DNA of 64,000 nucleotides from Octopus vulgaris (GCA_951406725.2 OX597816.1:96348001-96412000), one strand, 5' to 3'. Shown: positions 12,881 to 26,575, counted from the first letter of the stretch. Numbers and translations are program-made. Notes: generated by a model not told the origin, from the letters alone.

Positions 12881-15003
12881 AGATGGCCCTATTTACAACC
12901 AACGCCATCTATTCACCTAATTTATACCCCGCCCTTTTTAGCTCATGTTTCATTCATTTTGTTCTTTATTTTACCGCAAATATAATGTTAAATTATACTG
13001 AACATTTTTATTGATTCTCTTATTGTTTACCGATAATGCTCCTTTACACTTTATAGTTATTTTACTTTACCACTCCTTCTTCTAAAAATATCTATATACC
13101 ACTATAAGACAGTAAGATGCAATTTGAGGGAAATTTGATTGCTATTTCTAATAAGTCAAACGGTTGCTTTGACGATGTCTTTTTTACTAGTAATGTTTCT
13201 AAATGTTTAATGCAAAAAATTTAGCTGTTGTATCTTCCTTTTACCAATGTTTAATCTGAAATAGAAGAGAAACCGCAATCGATTATTGCGCAGAATGAAA
13301 TATAATGAGATGTCATTTAATCAGTCATCCAAACAAAAGTTGCTTGCTTCCAGTAACTGATTATTGACATCCAAAACCGTATCTCTACATTGAACGTTTT
13401 AAATTTAGTGTCCTAGATGCAGCACATTAACTTTGTATCCAGTCACCGACTGCACATATTGAACTGTACTCCAGCATTCTATTAGCTCAGTCTTCTGGAA
13501 CTTTATCAAACTTATGACCTCCCAAATAGCTCTTACAAATGAATAGTTATTCAAAATTTAGTGATTATTCACCAATATCTATTACATTCAACTTTGATTC
13601 ATATTTGTCTACAAATACCCCAGCTAGATAAGTTTGTTTTAATCAAAATTTATATCACGACAGAGTCATGATAGCCATTTATAATACACATGTACAGTCT
13701 ATGATTTATTTTGTAATTGTGTTATATTGTTTATATTGTTAGGTCTTTCGTCGTCTTACAGTTACAGCATAGTCCCTGATATTACTTTTTATGGTAGAGA
13801 TCATTAGCGTATCAAAAAATTACATAAGCTAAATTTAACTTATGCATATGACAGTGTTCATATTTACATATGTGTACATACTTGCGTGTATGCATAAATA
13901 CATACATAAATACATACATACAAGCATGCATGCATGTATAAATACATACGTAAATACATACAAACATGCATACCTAATGGCTGTCCACTCGCAACCGCGA
14001 AAGAACATCACTGAGTAATGTCCATGCGAAATGCCAGTAATGCCTGTGCACGAGGTTATTGTACCCGTGGTCGATTTCAGCAGGGTAGCTTCCATGCTCA
14101 CAGCAACGCCCACCTGCATGATCGAGCTTCGGAAATATGCCTCGCTGGTGATTATACAGCCTACGATTTTAGGTACAATAAGACTTGTACAGCATCTCAC
14201 AGGCCCTCTCCTCCCTTAACATGTGATCCATAGCAAGCCAGGTCAAGATATACAGTGCCAATATAGGTTGCAGGTTCAGGGGTGTGGGAGTGCCGTGATC
14301 TCAAGCGCAAGTAAAAGAACCTCAAAATGTTCACTGACATTCTCTACAAATCTGGTTTTATATCAGAGTGACCTTCTCCTAGAGACATGCTTTAATAAAA
14401 GCTGAGGGAGGCCTCACTTTCTTTCGATAAGAGATGTTGCAATTGAAATATTCAAACATAGGATAAAAATGTGAAATTTCGTGTTTGCTTTTGATTTAAT
14501 GCTTGATAGCATACCCTGATATGCATAGACAAATGCATATATGTGAACTGAATGTTTATATTTATCAGTGTGCGCACGCGCTTTTGTGCAGATGTGTTTG
14601 TCTGTGTGTAAGTACATAAATCAACGGTACCTTCGAAGTTTTACTGTATGTGCCTTTTTAAGCTGCATTACAAAAATAATAGTGGTATATAGATATTTTT
14701 AGAAGAAGGAGTGGTAAAGTAAAATAACTATAAAGTGTAAAGGAGCATTATCGGTAACCAATAAGAGAATCAACAAAAATGTTCAGTGTAATTTAACATT
14801 ATATTTGCGGTAAAATAAAGAACAAAATGAATGAAACATGAGCTAAAAAGGGCGGGGTATAAATTAGGTGAATAGATGGCGTTGGTTGTAAATATGGCCA
14901 TCTTTAATATTTTGTGTCAAATTTTTGCACATGGCCAGCGATTTCGGGGGAAATGGGTGAGTCGATTACATCAACCTTAGTATTCAACTGGTACTTATTT
15001 AAT
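12782..15003. repeat. Inverted duplication, arms 12782-13105 and 14679-15003
   Basis: The arms are reverse complements with about 7 substitutions and 1 indel counted by eye; spacer ~1.57 kb. Confidence 0.95.
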
Positions 15004-17044
15004 AATAAGGATAGATTGGATAAATACTCCTGTGCACGCTATTTCTGAGAAATAAAAGGGATGATTATCGCTGAAATGTTATTAATTATAACATTGGTTA
15101 GTTCTGTTATGGTAAAGCAAGCCTATACGCTTTTTCATTTGAAATCTAATAAAGTATTACATTTCTGAGTTAAGAAATGCATTGTGAAGCATAAAAGATT
15201 ACAAACTGCATTTCACTCAAAATGTGATAGCTTATTTGAAATGAAGAGTGTTCGACTACAAGACCTATACTCGATTCACTAAAATAGTGCATACTGAAAA
15301 AGAGCCAATTCCCGAAACGTTGTTGAAATTTACTTTTCCAGACTGGCTACTGCAACGACTTTACTTTTATTTTCAGCATAATTTAATACATTGGATCACA
15401 TCAGCTGGTAAAGTTCCACAGCTCTTCTTCTGTTTGAGTGCTCGTCACTCTGTCGCTAGAATCAGAATGGTCTCAGAAGAAATGGTTGGGATAGCTTGTG
15501 TAAAACGTACGCAATGTTTTTACCAAGTGAGTGTTTTTATCCTTGGCTAAAAGATTTTTTCCATACTATGGCAAAATAAATCTGTAATGTCATCCTGGCC
15601 TTTCATAATTCTTTTACATAAACTTTCTACAGAATGTTGTCTTACACCATTATCCAAGTGCCAGGTTTCTTTCTGGAGTCTTCCTATGATGCAAATTTTT
15701 TGAAGGAAGTTGCGAGATGACATATCACAGAAAATGTACGAAATTTGATTGTGTTTTATTTATATTTGTACACTATCCTTTCTTGACAGTATCTAACTGA
15801 TATGAATTCTGATTAAAATCTTTCTTTTCACTCCAGGTTTTGACTAAAATGATTTAAGATCTTCTTGGAAAGGAGTTATTTGCATAGAGATATTAATTTT
15901 GTTCCTCTTCCGGTTTATGGATAATAAACAGAATTTGGATTAATGCTGAATCGTTTTGCTTTTGATTTCTCTCCCCAGTAACAAAGCTTTCACTCAACAT
16001 CCTGTCTTGAATTCCAAACGCTGATAGTAGCAAAAGTACGACCATGTCGTTATGGGACATGCTCTTATTGAATGCGGTGAATTTTGAATTCTATATCTTC
16101 AGAAATCTGCTAAAATATTCCTTTTTCAATCTAGCCTTAATCACTCAAATAACATTCCCATAAATTCCAAGATATGCATTCATATGTCCACGTATGCAAG
16201 TATTTATGTATGAATATATGTATATATATATATATATGTGTGTGTATGTGTATGTATGTATGCATTTATATATATATATATATATGTATGTTTATGTGAA
16301 TGTATGTATGTTCATATGTATATATGCATGCATATATGCATGTATGTATCTATTGCATATATGTATGTATACATGTATGTGTGCATGGTTAAATGCCTAA
16401 AATGTTTGCTTTGTAACTATCAGGTATATGATTGATCCAACTACACAGTACGTAGTGTAAGTAATATCTAACTCATCATTAGAGCGACGCAAGCCTTCTA
16501 ATTATAACTGGGTAGATGAAAACTGTGTAGACCTTTCTACGTGGACTGTAAGTGTAATTCAAATCCCAGTTTTATTATACATTAACGATTCACGTGTCTG
16601 TGAAATAATAAAATAATCAGCTATAATTCGATAAGTAGGTGTTTCTATTCCTCGAACTACTGAGATTTTCAATGTCGAAGCTAACACGATATTCACTCAC
16701 GCTTATGCATAAAAATATGAATGCATATATCTGTATGTAGTCAAGTATGTGAATTTTATCAATAACAATCTCAGCCAAGATTACGCCATGCATCTCATTT
16801 TTCTCCTTTCGTTATTTGTACTATATCTTCCACCCATAAAATGTCACGCTAACCATTCTGAAACTTTGTCATGCATAAATTGAGCATAAACAAAAAAGTA
16901 TCGATTTTCACAAGTCTGGGAGAAGTACAACATCTATGGACATTGACCATATGCTAGGTTGGGAAGAAAGTCCTGTTGTATTTTTGACATGATCATTTTG
17001 TGGGTACTTTTTCTATAAGATAAGCATTGATTTTTGCATTCTAA

Positions 17045-17056
17045 AGTGTGTGTGTA

Positions 17057-17150
<94 letters not shown>

Positions 17151-17342
17151 CGTGTGTGTGTGTGTTTTCGCTGTTTGCAGATTACTTTTTGCCATAAACA
17201 TAAAATTCGCATAAAATTCCCCACCCGAAATAGACACTAGACAGACAGACAGACAGACAGACAGTCAGACAAACAGACAGACAGACAGACAAACAGACAA
17301 TCAGACAGACAGACAGGCAGACAGACAGACAGACAGACAGAC

Positions 17343-17435
<93 letters not shown>
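17045..17435. repeat. (TG)n and (GACA)n(GATA)n microsatellites
   Basis: Direct reading. Confidence 0.97.
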
Positions 17436-17436
<1 letters not shown>

Positions 17437-18949
17437 GAAGGCACTTGGCCTAGTGGTTAGGTTGTTACACTCATGACCTTACAATTGTGCTTTCAATTCC
17501 CAGACTGGCGCCAACAGTGATATTGTAATGAAACAACCGAGATAATCAGCCATGAACAGCTGATATCAATCATCCAATACTTGTTCACGTTCTAGACAAC
17601 GTTAATTAGAATATCTAGTTAGAAATTGTGTAATATTTCAGGATTTCCTGCATACTTCAGAGTCCGTCACTTTCTAGATCTTGTCATATAATTCAGATAT
17701 TTATGACTTACTGAAACCGCTCAAGAGTAGTAGACTGGGCAAGTGCTTTACTAAATACCACTGTCTCGTGAGTGACAACTCGCCCTCCGCTTTGGTATCA
17801 GGCCACTTGGCATAGCAGAACATTGGCATTGAGTTTTTGGTGTACTTATTTTAAAAGTGTGTGGCGCCAAAATGATGGTGAGATTTTGGCCAGCTTAGAT
17901 ACCAGCTCTTTGGGGGTACAAACCCTAATATATGTCTGCTCTTCTTGCAGCTTAGTTGACATTATACCAAGATATCAACATACTGTTACACAGAAAACAA
18001 TGTTACTCTTTAAACTGGAGAAGCATTATATAAGGCATTGCCATAGGTGCTACTTCAGACGGTGTTTATGAGTCACTTAAGAGATAGTATTAACTAACAA
18101 GAATCACCTCAATTTCTGTAAAAATTATAACGTACGAAGATATCGGCCCAAGAAACTTTCTTCTGCATGGTGATTCGTTCATCAAATTATAAAAAAAGTA
18201 AAAATAAGACACCCTATAGACTTGTGTGTGTGCATCAAGTGACATAGAGAAAATATATATAGGTACTTTCAAGGGTCTAATCGTAGATACACATTTGCTA
18301 TATCTCCGTTTTCCTATAAACAAAATTGCTGCCTGATTCAACTATGCACGGTATATAGTTATTAACATAACTAAATACATCAGCCTGACTTAAAAGAAAT
18401 TTCGTTTTAAAGATTTGTTTCTGTAAAAGCTTTGTGAATGATGGCATAAAAACGATACGTCTTCTGCTGATAAAAAAATATTTTTCAAAGTTAACATTTA
18501 AATTTCAATTATTCCAGTTCAATATTTATTTTACAAATGTGCTTCAATCCTTTCTGTTTTTTGTGTTAAAATTCCTATCCAGGTTTAAACTGTATCTAAA
18601 ACACTTAACATTTAATTTTCAGTTCTGTCTGCTCTTTATATATAAAACAAGTATTCTTTCGGTCAATAAGTTTGCATTATTTGAAATTGTTTCAGGTTTT
18701 AAATTGTAAATTTCTATAACACGAATTATTATGCAATGTATACCACTCCTTCGCTTTCCACAGAACAATTTCCCTCTCTGTACTTCAGGTTGTGAATAAT
18801 TCGCAGACCCATATGCAATATAGCTCCGTCAATACTCTCTCAACTGTTCATACTCACAAATACACACGCGTGCGCACGTACACACATGCACACACACACA
18901 AACACATAAGCACACACACATATGTATACCTATATGGTTTGATAGATAG

Positions 18950-19049
<100 letters not shown>

Positions 19050-19065
19050 ATAGATGGATAAATAA

Positions 19066-19161
<96 letters not shown>

Positions 19162-19229
19162 GTGCTATCAAATAATAATTTACAATGAATGTATTGGCAA
19201 GATTACACAAGAAATGTTTCTCATACATT

Positions 19230-19950
19230 TGGTACATGCTGAGAACAAGTTAGTCCTCACCCTTTCCTGATATTGAGGTTCCTGGTGAAGCTAAGATCAC
19301 ATCAATCCAAATCATGGTTATAAGGAGTCAACTACTATTAACAGGTTGTCTCATCCATATGAATGATGAGCGCGTCGTCAAGCTAATGCTTTATGGTGAA
19401 CTTATGCCGAGAAAGAAAAAAAATAGGAAATAATAACTGAAGTGTGTTGAATTATGTAACAAAAGTCTTAAACCACTTGCGGTAGACGAGAAATCATGGA
19501 GAGTTACGATTCAGAATGGTGTAAAAAAAATTTGAATTTGTCAGTAAAGCACGTTTTAAGGAACTGAAAAGTTCATAAGAATGAAATTAATATCGAAGGT
19601 GTTACGAGCGGTTCTCATTCTTTCTTTAAACTTTCCTTATGCACAAAATTATATCACACTTCAAGTTGGTATGAGATCGCAGCAGCGCGCCCATGCTCGT
19701 AAGGCACTCTATAACTTCAGGAATTTAATTTTGGATGACCTATTTCAATGCATATTCGTAAAACAACGGCCAAGTCACACGGAGGGTTAAAGTGACATTT
19801 GAACATTCATAAATAAAAAAGCAGAAAATCGAGCCAGTAATGAAACGAGACATTGCTACAGTATGTGTGATCATTTCTTCAAACGCTTTTCAGGGCTCAA
19901 AGGTCATTTAAGCTCTCATGCTAGAAAAGAGCAGTTATAGGTGGAAGAAG
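19230..19950 (+). mobile_element. RTE-clade LINE 3' fragment with C2H2 zinc-finger tail
   Basis: PDIEVPGEAKITSIQIMVIRSQLLLTGCLIHMNDERVVKLMLYGEL resembles the RTE post-RT consensus. Terminal CYSMCDHFFKRFSGLKGHLSSH. Confidence 0.8.
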
Positions 19951-20485
19951 AGTTCGAGGGCAGCAAGGAGCAGATAGTCACAATGTATGTATGCAAGGCT
20001 GTATGTATGTACGTATGCATGTGTGTTTGTGTATGTGTGTGGATATAGATCGATAGGTATAGATAGATAGAGGGAGAGACAGAGAGAACGATCATTTTGC
20101 ATATATATTCTTAATATCTTCTTGTGAGTTCGAACACAAATATGCGACTCGTTGTGTACGTCACAGGAGAAGAATTTCACCTTTTTACGATGAAAATGCG
20201 CTCATAGAATACTCCGCTCATTGATGCAAAGAATTCTAGGACACTGGTGTTTTGTCATGTACCTCGTGCACTAATATCGATGACGATATATACATATCAT
20301 TGACTTACGATAATTAGTAAGCAGTTTTCATTCGTCATCATTTCGTAGCTTTCAACACTTCAGCAAACACGCACAAATACATAAGAATAGTAATGGTAAA
20401 TACACCTGTTGCTAAAACATACGTATCTGAGTTTATCAAAAGTCAACCAACTCGTTGGAAAGTACTCCTTTCAAATAAATTCTCT

Positions 20486-20589
20486 CCCCTGACGAAATGC
20501 CCAATTTACGATATTCGATATGAAAATTTGAATTAATTTAATTTAATTCCTCAAATTGAATTAATTGGGCATGTAAACAGCTGTAGGTG
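20486..20589 (+). ncRNA. Degenerate hammerhead-like motif, long stem II
   Basis: CTGACGA (20489), perfect 10-bp ATGCCCAATT/AATTGGGCAT, GTAAA in place of GAAA, palindromic ACAGCTGT, then A and GG pairing with the upstream CC. Confidence 0.6.
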
Positions 20590-20644
20590 TTAAGAATTTG
20601 ATGTTATACTGAATGGAATTTGTTGAAATAAATTAATGTTTATA

Positions 20645-20877
20645 CAAGTTTGGCCAAAAGTGACCCGGCATTAAATCAAAATTGCAGAAATACTATATGT
20701 AATTCTGTATTGGCTCGAATGGAAAAATGTGTCGCTCTAGAAGGACTTCAGTTTGATCGATTTTCATCATGTTTTATATTTAGATGCTCTTATTAAATTC
20801 ATTCAGTTGTTAAGCATAAATAAATCTTCGAATTAAACCGTTTTGATTTACTGTCAGGTGACTTTTGGCTAACCTTG
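20645..20877. mobile_element. Tc1/mariner-type MITE
   Basis: ~37-bp TIR caagtttggccaaaagtgacccggcattaaatcaaaa / ttttgatttactgtcaggtgacttttggctaaccttg, with TA flanks. Confidence 0.85.
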
Positions 20878-21094
20878 TATATTAATTTCTCTAATTTCTT
20901 TTTCAAATAAAAGAATATATATATATGATTTGTTTCCTTGTTTCAGCCAAGAGATTGCGGCCATGCTGGGACATGGAGAATTTTACGGATACATGAACAC
21001 ACCACCTCCGGTTGTCAAGCACTGATGGTGGAAAAACATATATATACATATATCTATATATAAAACAGAGAACGTGTGTGTGTGTGTGTGTGTG

Positions 21095-21400
21095 TTTGTC
21101 TGTATGTATGTATGTGTGCATCATTAAAACTCAAGAACTACCCAACCAATTTCATTCAAATTTTACACATGCCTTAGATAGGGTCCATGCAGTGTCATGG
21201 GTCAAAAACATTTTCAGTTTCTTGCCTATTGCGAGGCCGGAGCAAGCTCTTATCTCTTACACTATTGCAGTATTACGTGTGAAAAGTGAAAGAAAACAAC
21301 TGTGTTGTAATGTGAGATAATACTTTCAGTTTCACTATTAATACTTCCGCTGAGTATATAATATATTCGTAGTGAAACTATTGATACTGAAACTATTATC
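21095..21400 (+). mobile_element. Possible Helentron/DINE-like nonautonomous element core
   Basis: (TGTC/TGTA)n followed by aaaactcaagaactacccaaccaatttcattcaaattttacac. Resemblance from recall only. Confidence 0.35.
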
Positions 21401-21415
21401 TTACATATATACATG

Positions 21416-21478
<63 letters not shown>

Positions 21479-21551
21479 GTATAGATATATGTGTATTATG
21501 TATGTCTATATATATATATATATGCATGTATATATGTATATATGTGTCTAT

Positions 21552-22045
21552 CACTCAGACGTAGATGCACACTGCATCGACAGCAGATTGCATTCCCAGA
21601 ATACAGAATGATACCCTTTAGTGAGCACATTGAGAAATGCGCAAAGCAACTACTACCACAATTTTTAATCTTTCCATTCTACCAATGTGCTATCGGAACA
21701 CCAACACAAATTAGACTAAACAAGGAAACATTCTTCATTGAAAAATACAAGCCCAAACTTAACCATTCCAACATACTTATACAGAGAAACTCAATCCAAA
21801 AGAAAGGCAAATAATTTTAAGCGATTATCTCCCTTACACCGGAAGAAATCACTTATTATCTAGATCTCCGCTCAACGTAAACATAACGATTTAAGAAATT
21901 TGAAAAGCTGAACGCGAAACCGGTCATTTCTTCTAAATTATGTCGTTGTATGAAAAAAATTTATAACATTCTTCAGACATATTGACTCAAATATATATTT
22001 TTTAACCTTTTAAAACAAGCCTTCTGTAGTTTTTTCACTTTTTAC
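21552..22045 (+). mobile_element. 5'-truncated Penelope-like element (GIY-YIG C-terminus and pLTR)
   Basis: LRRRCTLHRQQIAFPEYRMIPFSEHIEKCAK...IFPFYQC...RLNKETFFIEKYKPKLN, homologous to 3900-4100. Hammerhead downstream; flanked by TA-rich microsatellites. Confidence 0.85.
21893..21932 (+). ncRNA. Minimal type I hammerhead ribozyme, U3-A8 core variant
   Basis: AAGAAAT | TTGAAAA | GC-TGAAC-GC | GAAA | CCGG | TC | ATTTCTT: 7-bp stem I, palindromic ACCGGT stem III, GUC site. Lies just 3' of a GIY-YIG remnant. Confidence 0.78.
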
Positions 22046-22051
22046 TATTTT

Positions 22052-22111
<60 letters not shown>

Positions 22112-22126
22112 CATGCATATTTATAC

Positions 22127-22199
<73 letters not shown>

Positions 22200-22399
22200 G
22201 TATAAATATGCATGTATTTATGCATTGATTGATTTGATCTAGTTTCAGCTCATGAACTGGGGCCATGCTGTGGCATTACCACTCGGTGTTGCTACATAAT
22301 TTTACTTCACCAATTCCTTTTAGAAATCGACACTTGGTGCATAAGGGAGTTAGATGCCGCTGCCGTCATCTGCATTTCCTGGTGTGAAGTTGACAATCA

Positions 22400-23320
22400 T
22401 GTGGGACGCTTGACAATTAGAATTCCAATTTCATTTTCAGAACACCTACATCCACCCCTCTACGTCTCTCGGGTCCTTCGGGGGAATATTGAAGTGGTAT
22501 TGTCCCTTAAAGCCCAGGGTGCTACAGTATCTTGTCCTATATATTGATGACAAGTTTGGTGTCCTTGGCACTATACAGTGGCGCCCTGTTCTAGTAGTAG
22601 TGTAACTGGCAATGCCAAAGTACCTCCAGGTTCTTCCAAGTGTGTATTATGGCATATCTTTCTCGCCTACGCTCTAAAGAATAGAGTCTTAATCTCTTTA
22701 GTAGCTTATATGCTGCATAGAGGCTATCTTCTTTGTATAGCTTCGTTGGATTGCCACAAGTTCTGCAATTCATTTTACACTGGCAGGGAGCAACAGTCAA
22801 AGTAGCTTAGGACAAGTATCCTCCAGAGGACCATCATGGTTTCCCGATATCTCGTTCTTAAAGTTCTAAGAATCCAACTTAGCAGCATGCACATGGAAGG
22901 ATGCATCATTGCTCATGTAAAGGCCCAGGTCTCGTACTGATTGTGTCTCTGGGATTGCAATCCCACCAGGTCCAGTGTATTTAATTGGCATTGCATGTAA
23001 CTTTGCATGCTGATAGCACAAGTATTTGAACTTTTCAGCATTAAACTGCATGCTATTCTTCTCAACCCACTTTTATATTTCATCCAACTTACATCGCAGG
23101 TGCATAGTGTCTTCAGAGTTCTGTATCACCTGTGAAACTTCTGTATCATTTGCATAACTTGTGATCGTGGCTCTCTGTGTGTATGAGGGCATATCTGAGA
23201 GGACCATTATAAACAGCATTGGTCCTAAAACAGTACCTTGCGCATCTTCGTTTTGGGATGACCGATACTTTATTATGTTCCCATCTTTCAACTCTCCTGT
23301 CAAACCTTTTTTCTCAACCA
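22400..23320 (-). mobile_element. CR1/L2-group LINE RT fragment
   Basis: QGTVLGPMLFIMVLSDMP..YANDT; MQFNAEKFKYL..VRDLGLYMSND; LRLYSLERRRERYAIIHTWK. Confidence 0.88.
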
Positions 23321-24289
23321 GTCGCCATGCCTGATCGCGAAATCCACACGTTCTTTTAATTCTCTCTCTCTCTCTCTCTGTTTATTTTCTTTTATTCTTT
23401 TCTGTTGAAGAGCGTAGGCTTCAGCAGAAATCGACTCTTTCTCTATTGGCAAGAAATCTTGAAATAAAACTGAACAATAACATATATACGTATGTAAGCA
23501 TGTATTTATGCGTCAGTGTGTGAAGAGAAAGGGAAACCATTCCAATCATAAATTATAGCCTTTTTTCCATATAAATGTATTTAAGGATTTGCTCCTAGAA
23601 GATGAGACTGTAATAAAAAAATAGTACCCATTTACATTTCATAATATACCTTATACATATATCCTGTAAGTAATTTCATATAAAATATTAATAGTTTTTT
23701 TTTTATACATAATACCATCAGAATAATAAGATATCAGTCTCCACGTACGACGTTGTTTTCATTAAAATGTTACATTACGCGTACGATATTTGTACTTTGT
23801 CTTTTACTATTCAGGTGTTATGTTTTATGTAAGATGTAAAAACAAAGCATTGAATATGTTTACAGATAACTAAAATGGAAACCAAAAAAAGGCCAGTATT
23901 TTACGACGCTAGTCATATTACACTCATACATACAAATAAAATTCATATCTCACATAAGAATAAAGTTTTGTGTATATTGTACAAAAGAACACAGAAAACA
24001 TATAAATAAATGTGATGATCACTGCTTACAAACTTGAGAATAAATGTAGCCCCAGATATCTTGATTATGCCAGATCCGGAAAACTTAGGGAAAATTTGGG
24101 TCCATCGATGATATTGATGTGAGCTGGGAAGTTTAGCATGTTAACAGTATCAACCTGAAAAATTTTTTCTTCATTAAAATCTTGGAGTAAGTAAAAAATG
24201 TTGTATAAAAAGAAAATATGGAATTTAATTACAGGAAAATGTAATGAAAACTGAAAAAAGCAACATTATATTTGTAACGCCAGTGCCAT

Positions 24290-24620
24290 TTTAGTGTCAT
24301 CTGCCTCATTAACGCGGGGTTTTGTCGTAGTTGTCTCTCTTTGATTTTCTACACTGACGTGATTTCTTGCGCTGTTATGAATGCACGCTGCTCTAGTTCA
24401 CCATGTTATCTATAGATGCCTTTTCCACAGTGTCCTCAGTGTCGTCTTATCATCACTATGATCAGCAGCATCGCCTTGATTCAGAACCATTTCAGCTATT
24501 CACTATTGGAGTAATTGGCGCATCATCAACGCTCCAAGCATTTTGTGGATTATATTTATTTATTTTTTTTTTTTTTGCATTTTTAGTGCATCATGTCAGC
24601 ATTCAAAAAAACCTTTCATT
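24290..24620 (-). mobile_element. pogo/Tigger-type transposase C-terminal remnant
   Basis: Manual translation across frameshifts: IAEMVLNQGDAADHSDD / DDTEDTVEKASIDNMV / LEQRAFITAQEITSV*KIKERQLRQNPALMRQMTL. Confidence 0.7.
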
Positions 24621-24951
24621 TGTTTGAGATCTTTTGCTTTTGGAATTTTGGACAATAGATTTTCAGCCTGTATATATATATATTTTCCAAGAAGACTTCA
24701 ATTCAAATTTGAATTCGGCAAAACTTTAACGCTGAACCTTTTCTTTGAAATCTACCTGAGGAAGTATGATAGTTCTAACAACTTCATGTCACGAGTTACA
24801 TATGTATTACAGAAATTTGGAAGATCTTTCTCCCGTCAGATGAATTCGATGACATTCTGTGTCAGGTTATAAAATGAAGTGAACAAAACAATTTGATAAC
24901 TAGATAGATCCCAACCCCTCTTCCCATGATTTTTTTTTTTACAATCTATAA

Positions 24952-25285
24952 GCGCAGGAGTGGTTATGTGGTAAGTAGCTTGCTTATCAACCACATGGTT
25001 CCGGGTTCAGTCCCACTGCGTGGCACCTTAGGCAAGTGTCTTCTACTATAACCTCGGGCCAACCAAAGCCTTGTGAGTGGACTTGGTAGACGGAAACTGA
25101 AAGAAGCCTGTCGTATAAATATATATGTATATGTTTGTGTGTCTGTGTTACGTCTCCGTCACATAGCGGTTCAGCAAGAGACCGATAGAATATGTACTAG
25201 GCTTACAAAGAATAAGTCATGGGGTCGATTTGCTCGACTAAAGGCGGTGCTGTAGCATGGCCGCAATCAAATGACTGAAACAAAA
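24952..25285 (+). mobile_element. tRNA-derived CORE-like SINE, near full length
   Basis: gcgcaggagtggttatgtggtaag...ggttcagtcccactgcgtggcaccttaggcaagtg, with tail ending gcatggccgcaatcaaatgactgaaac. Confidence 0.85.
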
Positions 25286-25359
25286 TAATAATTAAAAATC
25301 ACTGCATAGAATTCTTCTAAAAGTATTTAAGTTTACCCATGAAACCCTGGCAATGACTT

Positions 25360-25421
25360 CTGATCTCTCTGACGATGTAGAATGATTGCTTACCGACATT
25401 CCGGTACAAATATGAGATCAG
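25360..25421 (+). ncRNA. Degenerate hammerhead-like motif
   Basis: CTGATCTC-T CTGACGA ...CTTACC GACA ...AAA TA T-GAGATCAG. 8-bp stem I; GAAA reads GACA. Confidence 0.45.
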
Positions 25422-25634
25422 CTGAATATATATTTATTTATTTTGATATACGCCTCTCTTGATCATTCGTTTGTGATTGTGCAACTCTTTGCATAACGAT
25501 TTCTATGGTCCCAATATATGTAAATATACTTTTGCGTAAATAATGCAGTGAGATATTTGCAGTCAGCAACATAACATAAATAGACGGGATATGCTGGACG
25601 GAATGACCAATGTAAGCAGTTAGATATTCATGGA

Positions 25635-25769
25635 TGTGTGTGTGTGTGTTTGTTTGTGCGTGCGTGTGTGAGAGAGCAAGAGAAAGAGAGAGAGAATGAG
25701 AGAGAAACAGATAAGATAGATAAATATATTAATAAACTTACAAACACACACACAACCATGTATATGTAT

Positions 25770-25847
<78 letters not shown>

Positions 25848-25907
25848 GTTTATATATATATATATATACATGTATATATATATATATATATACATATATA
25901 TATACAT

Positions 25908-25956
<49 letters not shown>

Positions 25957-26424
25957 TATCTACATTCAAACATACAACTATATATACACATATGCACACA
26001 TGTATGTGTGTCTTTGTGTATATGTGTGTATGTATATGTGTGCGTGTGTGTGTGTATGCGTGTGCGTATGTTTGTATTTATGTATACATACTTATATTAC
26101 ACACACACGTAAGTATGTGCCTGTGTGTGTGCTCGCGCGATTTATTTGACAGAAGCGTAGGAGTGCTGATGTAATTGACTAAATAAAAGTATACTAATAA
26201 TATTCTATTGATTCTGGAAATATTGATTACGGTAACACACACAGAGACTCACATATCCTCACGAACATACACACCTACCATCATACATACTTACACACGC
26301 GCACACAAACACATACACACACACATACACATATACGCGCGCGCGCGTACACACAGAGATAGACACGCACATACGCGTACATCCTCACGTACATACAGTC
26401 ATACATATAAACATGCCTGCATAC

Positions 26425-26481
<57 letters not shown>

Positions 26482-26515
26482 TATATATAAATACGTACAT
26501 ATATATACACATATG

Positions 26516-26564
<49 letters not shown>

Positions 26565-26575
26565 GTGCATGCGTG
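25635..26575. repeat. Compound TA/CA/TG microsatellite field
   Basis: Direct reading. Confidence 0.95.

Noticed and set aside
15288-15326. CTGAAAA...CCCGAAACGTT hammerhead-like string
   Set aside because: C3-A8 mismatch, poor stem II and no stem I.
17700-18070. Possible ancient LINE RT remnant on the minus strand
   Set aside because: Only faint motif echoes and no consistent reading frame.
24024-24160. Minus-strand segment bounded by tttttcag and gtaagc, an apparent exon
   Set aside because: Stops in all three frames, and it probably lies in the 3' part of the pogo remnant.
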